Assembly: GCA_964578745.1 (NCBI GenBank)
Contig: CAZODZ010000001.1
Location: 17,676-81,675 of the forward strand
DNA: 64,000 bases
Reading direction: 5' to 3'
Source of the DNA: an uncultured Dehalococcoidales bacterium
GTDB taxonomy: Bacteria > Chloroflexota > Dehalococcoidia > GIF9 > AB-539-J10
Positions 1 to 8,687 of the stretch are shown piece by piece. The first letter of the stretch is position 1, and each line of letters opens with the position of its first letter. The notes under the pieces are model-generated. The model did not search any database and was not told where the DNA came from. It saw only the letters and a list, made by a program, of their open reading frames with translations. The position numbers were made by a program, and so were the translations under genes.

Positions 1-149
1 TGATTCTACCATCCATGCCACGATGCTCCTAACAATGGCAAGGGGAAGATGCGGCTCCCTGCTATAATACGGTGCTGCTTCACCTGTGTGCGGACCGGGT
101 GTATCCTCAATGTTCTTTCGTGTCACCGTGAAATCCGGGAGAGCGCTGT

Positions 150-1403
150 ATGTCTGCTAGTCGACAGGCCTCCTTCTTCTACGGCTATGTCATAGTAGCC
201 GCAACTTTCCTTACTAATGTCATCACCTTCGGTTGTGGCTTCTATGCCTTCAGTCTCTTTGTCAACCCCCTCCAGAAGGAACTGGGTTGGGGCAGAGGTG
301 ACCTGATGGCTGGCTTCACCATATTCTTTCTCACCACAGGCTTCATTTCGCCGCAGGCTGGAAAGCTGGTCGACCGCTATGGTGCGCGAGTCGTGATGTC
401 GCTGGGCGCGGCCATTGCTGGTGCTGGCTTCATCGTGCTGTCTTCAGTCACCTCGTTGTGGCAGTACTACCTTGGATACGCGATTGTCGGGCTGGGGATG
501 GCGGGCACTGGCCAGATACCGGGCAGTGCCGTCGTGTCAAACTGGTTTGAGAAGAAGCGCGGTACCGCCGTTGGCGTTATGGCATCAGGTGTGGGTGTTG
601 GCGGACTCGCACTTTCCCCACTTGTGGGCCGTGTGTTACTGCCGCAGCTCGGGTGGAGCCGGGCTTTTCTAGTACTTGGTGCCCTTTGCTGGCTGGTTAT
701 TGTCCCTCTTGCTCTGTTTGTGATAAGGACGCGCCCGGAAGAGAAAGGTGCGGTGCCGTATGGCCAGAACCAGGGGTCGTGCCACGATAGTGGAGTCGTG
801 CGTGCCCCGCTCACAGGTGTGTCTCTCAAGAGAGCGCTGCGCACTTCGTCCTTGTGGCTCATTGTTGCGACCTATTTGCTGAGCCATTTTGCGCAGGTTG
901 GTGCAATTCAGAATCAGGTCCCCTTCCTTGAAGATGCGGGTTTCCCAATAGCGATCAGTGCTGGTGCGCTCGGGGCTGTCGGGCTTTGTAGCGCGTTCGG
1001 GAAGTTCGGCTTTGGCTGGCTCTGTGACAAGGTGGCCGCGAAATGGGCGCTTGCTCTGGGACTCGTCCTCCAGGTGGTGAGCCTGCTCATTCTTATGAGT
1101 GTCGGCCCCGGTTCACCGCCCGTGATGGCATGGCTCTATGCTCTGGCAATGGGTATCGGCATTGGTAGCTGGTTGCCCACGATGTCCATGCTTGTGAGTG
1201 GCTATTTTGGTCTGGCTGAGTATGGAGCGATATTCGGCGCAGTCACGATACCGTATGCTGTGGGCAGTGCGGTTGGCCCGTTGGTAGCCGGCAGAATGTA
1301 CGACCTCTATGGTAACTATGACGCTGTCTTGATTCTGTTCCTCGTTCTGTATCTTGTCTCAATAGGAACCATTCTTGCTACGCGCCGTCCCAAGCTTGAC
1401 TGA
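150..1403 (+). CDS. MFS transporter (oxalate/formate antiporter-like family)
   Basis: 417-aa ORF with 12 predicted TM segments; N-terminal FYGYVIV...GCGFYAFSLF and mid GWSRAFL motifs typical of OFA-type MFS permeases; ATG start at 150. Confidence 0.75.
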   Translation: MSASRQASFFYGYVIVAATFLTNVITFGCGFYAFSLFVNPLQKELGWGRGDLMAGFTIFFLTTGFISPQAGKLVDRYGARVVMSLGAAIAGAGFIVLSSVTSLWQYYLGYAIVGLGMAGTGQIPGSAVVSNWFEKKRGTAVGVMASGVGVGGLALSPLVGRVLLPQLGWSRAFLVLGALCWLVIVPLALFVIRTRPEEKGAVPYGQNQGSCHDSGVVRAPLTGVSLKRALRTSSLWLIVATYLLSHFAQVGAIQNQVPFLEDAGFPIAISAGALGAVGLCSAFGKFGFGWLCDKVAAKWALALGLVLQVVSLLILMSVGPGSPPVMAWLYALAMGIGIGSWLPTMSMLVSGYFGLAEYGAIFGAVTIPYAVGSAVGPLVAGRMYDLYGNYDAVLILFLVLYLVSIGTILATRRPKLD

Positions 1404-1568
1404 AGCAGTTGTCACGGGGTGACTGGACTCACTTCGCGCTGGCGCATATACTTCGGCAGGGGCTGGGCATATCCATACGCACCTGTAAAGGTACGTGTGC
1501 CCGCACCGGTGCATATGCCGGTAGTCTCCTTGCGCCGGTGGCCTGTTGTACTTCGGCGAGGTAGGAAA

Positions 1569-1838
1569 ATGGAAACTGTCGTCGCGAAAGTGATCTCGCA
1601 GAAGGGGCACTGCGAGGCAGGGCATCGTGTAGGCGACGAGTTTGTCATAGGCCAGTCGACACCCTGTCGCATGTGCTCATGGGCCTTCTGCGCGATTTTC
1701 CCATTCTCACAGGTCCTGCAGTTCGGCGCGTCATTCCCCTGGGAACCGGAGCCCGGCTTGTCCCGGGTGGCGTGCCCGGATCCCGATAACCCCGTGGTGT
1801 TCGAGCTGCGCAGGGTAGAGGCACGCGGGACGCCATGA
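1569..1838 (+). CDS. TIGR04076-like small Cys-rich protein
   Basis: Internal ATG (METVVAKVISQKGHCEAGHRVGDEFVIG...PCRMCSWAF) matches the ~90-aa TIGR04076 architecture (GHCxxGH...CxxC); the upstream part of the 139-aa track ORF lacks signal; its stop overlaps the next start (ATGA). Confidence 0.5.
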   Translation: METVVAKVISQKGHCEAGHRVGDEFVIGQSTPCRMCSWAFCAIFPFSQVLQFGASFPWEPEPGLSRVACPDPDNPVVFELRRVEARGTP

Positions 1839-2641
1839 GGCATTTCGCATGCCGGTCGCGCATAACGCCCGGCCAGGATCGCATCGAAGCTGACGGAACG
1901 ACGAAACGTGTCGTTGCCAGCCTCAAGCGCACCCGTCAGAAGGCGCGGCATAAGGCATTCTGGGCCTGGGTCGGAAAGCGACTGCGTGACTACCTCGTGG
2001 CTGGCATCCTCGTGGTCGTGCCTATCGGGGCTACGATCCTGATACTGAAGTGGCTCTTCGAGTGGGTCGACTCGATACTACAGCCGATCATCCGTACGTT
2101 TGTAGGCAGGCCCATCTACGGCCTCGGTTTCGGCATTACGGTTCTTGGGATCCTCATCGCCGGTCTCATGGTGACCCAGTTCGGCGGGAAGCGCGTTGTG
2201 CAGATTCTGGAATCGCTTCTGGGGCGAGTGCCGGTTGTGCGCCCCATGTACTACGGCATAAAGCAGATTCTGGAGAGCTTCGCGGCGCCACGCGAGACCG
2301 GATTCATGCAGGTAGTCCTCGTTGAGTTTCCACGTAAAGGGATACGCACGCTCGGCTTCATCACGAACGAAGAGTTCGATGCGTCCGGACAGAAGCTTCT
2401 CAATATCTTCATTCCTACCGCCCCGAACCCGACGTCCGGGTTCCTCGAAATCATGCGCGAGGAGGAAGTCCTGCGCACCGACATACCGGTTGACGATGCG
2501 TTGAAGATGATAGTATCTGCGGGGCGTATTTCCCTTAAGAAGGTGAATGCTCGCATATCGAACAACCACGATGACGTGGTAATCGGGCGTGAAGAGGAAG
2601 AAGAGGAAATAGCGCAGCGGCACGGCGGCAGCCAACTATAA
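1835..2641 (+). CDS. DUF502 family membrane protein
   Basis: [33 protein letters not shown] and [23 protein letters not shown] match the DUF502 N-terminal TM hairpin plus soluble domain; ATG at 1835 overlaps the upstream stop in ATGA (translational coupling); C-terminal Glu-rich tail. Confidence 0.65.
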   Translation: MRHFACRSRITPGQDRIEADGTTKRVVASLKRTRQKARHKAFWAWVGKRLRDYLVAGILVVVPIGATILILKWLFEWVDSILQPIIRTFVGRPIYGLGFGITVLGILIAGLMVTQFGGKRVVQILESLLGRVPVVRPMYYGIKQILESFAAPRETGFMQVVLVEFPRKGIRTLGFITNEEFDASGQKLLNIFIPTAPNPTSGFLEIMREEEVLRTDIPVDDALKMIVSAGRISLKKVNARISNNHDDVVIGREEEEEEIAQRHGGSQL

Positions 2642-2692
2642 GTGTGACGTCCGGCTCTGTTCCTGCTGTCCGCCGTTCAAAGGAGGGCGGTT

Positions 2693-3309
2693 GTGGATCT
2701 CAAGAAGTACGAGGTGCCAGTCGAAAAGCTCCGCTGGTACTGCGACCCGGCGCAATTCGAGTTCGACGGCACTGATAGCGTGGCGTCACTGCAGGAGTTC
2801 ATCGGCTAGGACCGGGCTATCCGTTGGTGGTGTGGATGGCGACAGCGCTTCGTGTGCAGAGCTGTATGCACTATTGTCGAGTCTGTCGGAGTTGCCATTG
2901 CGCCAGGATCTCGCAGTGACTGGCTCGATCAACCAGCGCGGGGGAAGTGCAGCCCATTGGAGGCGTCAATCAGAAGATAGAAGGGTTCTTCCGGGTGTGC
3001 CGCACCAAAGGGCTCACCGGCACCCAGGGAGTATTGATTCCGCGCCGCAACCTCAACAATCTCATGCTACGTGAAGATGTTATCGAAGCGGTTCGCGAGG
3101 GCAAGTTCCATGTGTATGCGGTAGATAGTGTGGACGATGGTATCACTATCATGACTGGTCGTAGTGCGGGCCAGCGTTGCAGGGATGGGTCATTCCCTGA
3201 GCGGTCAGTAAATGGAATGGTGGTGAAAAGGCTGAGATCGATGGCGACACGCCTGCGCGAGTATCAGAGGCACGAAAAGGAATCGGCGGAGTCTGTACGA
3301 GGCTCCTGA
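2693..3309 (+). pseudogene. Lon-like (S16) ATP-dependent protease remnant: N-terminal 38 codons, amber stop, AAA+ module missing, frameshifted C-terminal protease domain
   Basis: GTG at ~2693 after AGGAGGG gives [38 protein letters not shown] then TAG exactly where the conserved IGQ(D/E)RA motif needs Gln (IG*DRAI). Another frame (2691 ORF) carries [36 protein letters not shown] third frame (2947 ORF) carries [15 protein letters not shown]...GITIMTG. No Walker A/B (AAA+) region is present between them. Confidence 0.6.
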
Positions 3310-3375
3310 CGGTGAGATGGGCAGCCCATGAAGCACGGGCGCGCCTGGTAGAGGCTGCGCTGGGTAGGAGATGGC

Positions 3376-4260
3376 ATGTCGCGGCAAGTCGGCCTTCTTA
3401 TTCTTGGCATAGCCGCCATCTCGTCCGCCGCTGTACTGGTGAGACTCGCAGATGCTCCTTTTCTCGTCATCGCTGCGTTTCGGCTGATGATCGCCTCTGC
3501 ACTACTGGCACCTGCCGGCATGGTCTGTTCACGGGACCAGATGACCGCACTTCTGAAGAGTACGCCGCTGCTCGTGATCGCAGCGGGTGCATGCCTGGCG
3601 CTGCACTTCGCTCTCTGGATTGCTTCACTGTCATATACAACGGTTGCAAGCTCAGTGGTGCTCGTGACGGCTAACCCGTTGTTCGTTGCTCTCGCTTCCC
3701 GCGTGCTCTTTGGTGAGCGCCTCAAACGGTGGACCTTTGTTGGCATCGGAGTGAGCATTGTTGGCGCGGCACTGATTGCTCGGTCGGCCTGTGGCTCCGG
3801 TGCGAGTGCTCTCGTGGGAGATGCACTGGCTCTGGCCGCCGCGCTCGCGATGGCTGTCTATCTGCTTATCGGTCGCAGGCTCCGTCCTACTGTTGGTCTT
3901 CTACCTTATTCCACGCTGGTCTTCGGTATTGCTGCCCTGCTTCTAGGGACAGGCGTCCTTGGCTTTGGCTTACCGGTCACGGGCTATAGCGGAACGACCT
4001 ATCTGGCAATGGTGCTACTGGCTCTTGTACCACAGCTGGTAGGTCATATGACACTCAACTGGGCGCTGCGCTTTCTACCCGCGACAATGGTCACAATCGC
4101 GATACTTGGGGAACCCGTTGGCGCCACTGCTCTTGCTGCGGTGGTCCTCGGTGAATTGCCTCAGACGCTTGAGGTTGTCGGAGGTGTGCTCATCCTCGGC
4201 GGTATAGCTGTTGCGTATCTGCGCGGTGGCCTGTCGTCTTGGGCTGATGTTGCGACATGA
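3376..4260 (+). CDS. EamA/DMT-superfamily transporter
   Basis: 294 aa, 10 TM helices in two EamA-like halves; ATG at 3376. Confidence 0.7.
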   Translation: MSRQVGLLILGIAAISSAAVLVRLADAPFLVIAAFRLMIASALLAPAGMVCSRDQMTALLKSTPLLVIAAGACLALHFALWIASLSYTTVASSVVLVTANPLFVALASRVLFGERLKRWTFVGIGVSIVGAALIARSACGSGASALVGDALALAAALAMAVYLLIGRRLRPTVGLLPYSTLVFGIAALLLGTGVLGFGLPVTGYSGTTYLAMVLLALVPQLVGHMTLNWALRFLPATMVTIAILGEPVGATALAAVVLGELPQTLEVVGGVLILGGIAVAYLRGGLSSWADVAT

Positions 4261-4288
4261 TCTTGCGGGAACGAAGCTGACTGTATTG

Positions 4289-5380
4289 CTACGCGACCCT
4301 CAACACCGGCGCATATACGTTGAAGGTCATTGTGTCGACCCAGCCGGCTTCGGTATCCACGTCCAGCTCGCCGCCCTCGTCTCGAGTCAGAGCAGATGCG
4401 CTGGACAATATAATGTCGCTGGGATCTGTGACAATGTCATCGATGCTGAACACAATCAACACCAGCTCGCCCGCCGCATCAAATCCGTAGGTTGAGGCTA
4501 TGTCAACCGAGATGATCCCGGTGTCTATCTCACTGGTGAGCGTGCGCGCGCGCGCAAGCACACCTGGGACAACTTCAATTGCCGTCAGCACATCTTCGTC
4601 GTAGTCGAGGGTGAACGACACTTCCCCGACGCCTTTGAGGTTCTCTCCCACCACTGGCACCAGAACCTCGCCCTTGCCTATGATGTCCGTTCCGCTATCA
4701 TCGGCTAGTGCGGCCGAGATAATGACAACGCCAATCACAACTGCGGTCAGGACACCGAGGACCGCGCTGCTCACGGTGATGGCTTTCCTGGCCTCGGGGT
4801 TGCGTGCCTCACGGACGAGTGCAAAGAGTCGTTCCGGTACGGAGATGCCTGGAAACTCTGCGGAATGGCCCTTCTGGAAGGGGTTGTACTCCTCTTCGTC
4901 TGCGGGCTCTGCCTCGCCATGTGCTCTGAGGTCTGCAGGCGACTCAGCTGAAATGGCGCGCTCAAGTTCGGCACGCCGCGCACTTGCCTCCTCAAGCTTG
5001 GAGCGTAACTTGTCCTCTTCACGAGCGTATCTTTCTTCGTTTGGCTTTCCCTGCTCGCGGCGCGCCTGAAAGGCAGCCAGCTTGGTTGATGCGTCAGCTT
5101 CTCTGCGGCGCGCCTCGCTCAGCCGGCTGCGCAACGAGTTACGTATGTCCTCCACAGCCCTGTTGACGGCTTTGAGACGTGACCTGTAGTCGGAAATGGT
5201 AGAGTCGTAGTGGCCCTGCGTAATTGTGCCTTCATCCAGAAGTTCGTCGAGCCTCTCTATCTGGCGTTGCACGTATCTGCGAATCTTAAGGGTTTCCCTG
5301 AGCTGCTTTAGAGGTCTTGCCACTTGTGTATTCCCTCGTGACTTGAATGCTCTATTGTATCCGACTATGCTCCCCGGCAC
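4289..5380 (-). CDS. Hypothetical membrane protein: N-terminal coiled-coil, single TM, C-terminal acidic beta-rich domain
   Basis: 363 aa; residues ~20-170 are charged heptad-like (RLSEARRREADASTKLAAFQARREQ...); one TM (ITVSSAVLGVLTAVVIGVVIISAAL); C-terminal 140 aa rich in D/E/V/I/T. Confidence 0.4.
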   Translation of the reverse strand: MPGSIVGYNRAFKSRGNTQVARPLKQLRETLKIRRYVQRQIERLDELLDEGTITQGHYDSTISDYRSRLKAVNRAVEDIRNSLRSRLSEARRREADASTKLAAFQARREQGKPNEERYAREEDKLRSKLEEASARRAELERAISAESPADLRAHGEAEPADEEEYNPFQKGHSAEFPGISVPERLFALVREARNPEARKAITVSSAVLGVLTAVVIGVVIISAALADDSGTDIIGKGEVLVPVVGENLKGVGEVSFTLDYDEDVLTAIEVVPGVLARARTLTSEIDTGIISVDIASTYGFDAAGELVLIVFSIDDIVTDPSDIILSSASALTRDEGGELDVDTEAGWVDTMTFNVYAPVLRVA

Positions 5381-5847
5381 ACTTCTGCGCGTGAACGGAT
5401 GCAGAAAGACTGGCGCTGCAGTTTGTTGTTTCTGCCTGTTTCACGGCAGCTCTCCGCCGCTAGGCAGGTGCTTACAGGCGACGCGTCGGAATGCCTTGCC
5501 CGCGTCAAGAAAACGTACGTCAACAAACTCATGTCCTCTCTGGGTGCCTTGTACTGTGCGGGAAAAGTCGGAGGCACGCTGGGGACTGGTGTCTTCGGCC
5601 ATCTGACTGCTCGAGATGTTGCTGGCAGCTGGCCTCTGCCACTCTCTCTGTTCCTCCCCTGGCCCTGTCTTCGGTCGGGAAGTGCTCAAAATTGCATTGA
5701 TGGTGGCTGAGCCGGATACGCTGTGGCAGAGTTTGAACGAGGCTCCTTCGCTCTTCTGGGATGGTTGGCTTTTGCACCCACACTGAAGCCACATTATGGT
5801 GTCCCATTCTAGGATGTCGACGGCGGTTGCCCGCTGTACCCTTTTCT

Positions 5848-6564
5848 TTACTCGTTAAGGGACTGGAGTAGTGCAGGAAGTTCCTCGAGAGACGAAATGT
5901 GGGTGTACTCGGCGGTGTCCCCGTGAGACAGACTCTGGCGTTCGATCAGCACGGGGGTTATTCCAGCGCGCAGTGCCCCTGCATAGTCGACCCATGGCTC
6001 ATCGCCTACGTGCACCGCCTCTTCAGGGCGTGCACCTGCACGTTCAAGGGCCTTGTGGAATATGGACTGCTCGGGCTTGCTGGCACCGCCCACTTCCGAT
6101 GATGTGATAGAGAAGTCGATGATATCACCAAGACCGAGTCTCTCAACCAGCGGCTGAAGTGGGCGGTTCATGTTCGAGATGATGGCAGTCGTGAAGCCTA
6201 GCTGTCTCAGTCTCTGCAGCGAAGGTCGTACATCATCAAATACGATGAAACGTGCGCTCTTCGCCATTTCGCGTACTCGCCGGACGACTGTCATCGTTAT
6301 CTGCTCGTTCAGCGGTTCAAGTCCGGCGCTGCGCATCATGATGTCGTTGTATCTCAGGAACGCCTCGTGGTCGTCGTCCTCTGCCCACTGAATCGGTCGC
6401 CCTTCGGGCAGGCGTCCCTCGGCGGCCAGTATCCCTCTGAGTGCGTGTTCAGCATCTATCTCGATGCCGACTTCGCGGAGCGCCTCTACGCACATCGTGT
6501 GGCGGTCTGGTTCCATACGTACGAGGGTATTGACCCAGTCTAGAAAAACGGTGGTCTTGCGCAT
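5848..6564 (-). CDS. HAD-superfamily hydrolase (subfamily IA-like)
   Basis: N-terminal VFLDWVNTL (DxD-type nucleophile motif region), C-terminal VHVGDEPWVDYAGALRAG motif IV; ATG start. Confidence 0.7.
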   Translation of the reverse strand: MRKTTVFLDWVNTLVRMEPDRHTMCVEALREVGIEIDAEHALRGILAAEGRLPEGRPIQWAEDDDHEAFLRYNDIMMRSAGLEPLNEQITMTVVRRVREMAKSARFIVFDDVRPSLQRLRQLGFTTAIISNMNRPLQPLVERLGLGDIIDFSITSSEVGGASKPEQSIFHKALERAGARPEEAVHVGDEPWVDYAGALRAGITPVLIERQSLSHGDTAEYTHISSLEELPALLQSLNE

Positions 6565-6699
6565 CTGCGGACGCCTCCTCGCGGGGCTACCTTGTCCAAC
6601 TGTATTGACAGTCGTGTACGACCATGATATTGTTTCCTCAGCTCCGAGTAGCTAAGCTGAGCCGGGTGTCTCGCATATGCGGGAAGTGTGGTGGTGAGG

Positions 6700-7470
6700 T
6701 TACTCGGGGCTTTTTTCATCTGTCGATGAGTTCTCTCCGTTGGCGTGTGGCTCCTTCGCCCTGTTTATGGCACGTCTCGCTGTCACCCTCTGGCGTCGAT
6801 ACCACTGGTCCACCGTCTCGACTGCCTCGTCAATGTCGTCCACGATGAGGAGCAGCCTCAGGTCGCTCTCACTGATGTAGCCCTTGCGAAGGGTACATCC
6901 GCGCAGCCATGTCAGGAGGCCATTCCAGTAGGCAGTGCTGTACAGAATGACCGGAAACGGCTTCATCTTGTGCGTCTGTATCAGACAGAGTATCTCAGTG
7001 AGTTCGTCAAGCGTTCCTATACCACCGGGCATGATGATGAATGCCGTGGCGTATTTGGCGAGCATTACCTTGCGAACAAAGAAGTGGTTGAACGTCACCG
7101 ATAGCGTGGTGTACGGGTTTGCGCTCTGTTCCTCTGGCAGGTCGATATTGAGGCCGACAGACCTGACGCCTGCTGCAAGCGCTCCCTTGTTCGCGGCTTC
7201 CATGATTCCCGGTCCTCCGCCAGTGATGATCGAGTATCCGAGCTTGCCCAGCCGGCGGCAGAGTTCCTCGGTTGTGTGGTAGAGCGGGTCACCGCTGTGG
7301 ATGCGGGCAGAACCATAGATGGTAACCGCAGGCTCGACACCGGACAGCCTGTCGAATCCCTCGACCAGCTCTCCGATGATACGAAACATCCGCCAGGACT
7401 CTTCCTTGGCGAAATCATTTATCTCGTAGCCTTGCTGACGCCGGTTCTCCTCGTCGCGTCGTAGCTTCAT
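6700..7470 (-). CDS. LOG family protein (TIGR00730; cytokinin riboside 5'-monophosphate phosphoribohydrolase-like / nucleotide N-glycosidase)
   Basis: TIYGSARI...GYSIITGGGPGIMEAANKGA...IIMPGGIGTLDEL signature motifs. Confidence 0.8.
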   Translation of the reverse strand: MKLRRDEENRRQQGYEINDFAKEESWRMFRIIGELVEGFDRLSGVEPAVTIYGSARIHSGDPLYHTTEELCRRLGKLGYSIITGGGPGIMEAANKGALAAGVRSVGLNIDLPEEQSANPYTTLSVTFNHFFVRKVMLAKYATAFIIMPGGIGTLDELTEILCLIQTHKMKPFPVILYSTAYWNGLLTWLRGCTLRKGYISESDLRLLLIVDDIDEAVETVDQWYRRQRVTARRAINRAKEPHANGENSSTDEKSPE

Positions 7471-7853
7471 GCGAGTATGTGCTCCATTATCATCATGTGT
7501 GCCAGATGGGCTTTGTCCCCCCCGCGGAACTCGAACGTCTTTACACCCTCACCTGCTATCGTCACCGCTAGGACGTCGCTGACGAAGAAACCTTTCGAAA
7601 TAAAGAATCCCTTGTTGTCTTCGCTCGCAACGGATGAGATACGGCTGTATGGTATGCTGACCATCGCCTTTCTGTTCTTCATGAATTCCTTGTCGTAGTA
7701 GATGATTCGCTTGTCGGTGATACCCAGGAAACCGGTGCCGCGTCCCTTGAGGTCGAACACTGCGCGAATACGTTCGTCAGGCAGGCACACAGCCTCTATC
7801 TTCTCAAGCTGTTCCCTCTTGTCGACATACATGTCGCCAGCGTATTGAGGCAT
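7467..7853 (-). CDS. Bacterial PH (pleckstrin-homology-like/bPH) domain protein
   Basis: Internal ATG (MPQYAGDMYVDKRE...); GFLGITDKRIIYY...KAMVSIPYSRISSV pattern typical of bPH/GRAM-like small proteins; the upstream 32 codons of the track ORF appear non-coding. Confidence 0.45.
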   Translation of the reverse strand: MPQYAGDMYVDKREQLEKIEAVCLPDERIRAVFDLKGRGTGFLGITDKRIIYYDKEFMKNRKAMVSIPYSRISSVASEDNKGFFISKGFFVSDVLAVTIAGEGVKTFEFRGGDKAHLAHMMIMEHILA

Positions 7854-8687
7854 GGCAACTCCTTTCGTGGTAGCAGGGGCATGCAAATCGTAGAGGCAGC
7901 CTGTCTGGGTGTCAACATCCCGGTGCTGTGCGACCACGGCAGTCAGCACTCTGCAACCTTTCGCAACCGGCTGTAGTCAAGTCATCGCGCACTAGCGAGC
8001 CCAGTGGCTGATGCCACTCGGGCGGAGACGCCCTGCTGGGTGTTGTCTCTGTAACAGGCAGGGTCGCTGCATTCTCAATCCGCAACCTCTCTTCGACCAA
8101 GAGTGATGCATGAACCCGCTACGCATGTCCCTCTCTGTGAGAACGTCTGGCCTGTCGAATGCGAACACTCTCGTGGCCGAAGCAATGTACGTGCAAAGCA
8201 TGATGTCCACTGTTTCTTCGTGCCTGCAGGGTAGCACACCTCCGCAGACAACTGTGACCACCCTTGAGCGGTTGGGAGCAAGGGCATGACAAAGCGGTTG
8301 TACCCCCGGTTTCTGTTACACCTGAGGGTATCCTCAGCAGGTGATGTCGCCAGTGCAGCAACATGTCGGAGTCTCCTTATGATAAGAGCCCCCTGGCGTG
8401 TCTGAGTCTGCTGTAGTATGACCTCTGTGTGATACTCACGCTGACATCAGTGGGGCCACAAGGTGGCGACTCTGCACCGCGGGGCTGTCTTTGTTTGAAG
8501 ATTGGCCGCATCCCCGTCGCGGCCAAAACAGTCAGCCGGTGCATAGCAGCCAGCTGCGAGCCGGGAATACAGCAACCGTGAACAACAGCGGTGGCATTCT
8601 CTCAGCGAATGCGGTGGTGAGAAGTCCATCATCGAGTCGGTTGAACATTGCGTTAATGGATAAGGTGCAGGAGATGGTCCTGCACGG

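Noticed and set aside
2575-2625. GAG/GAA codon tracts (poly-Glu) at the DUF502 C-terminus, also at ~44860-44880 and ~48225-48245 in the two dctP genes
   Set aside because: These are low-complexity acidic linkers within coding sequence, not tandem DNA repeats or CRISPR-like arrays.
2807-2809. In-frame TAG in the Lon-like gene as possible programmed recoding (pyrrolysine or stop-codon readthrough)
   Set aside because: Downstream of the TAG the same frame is non-homologous. The protease domain resumes in other frames, and the AAA+ region is absent. Simple gene decay explains it, and no Pyl machinery is evident.
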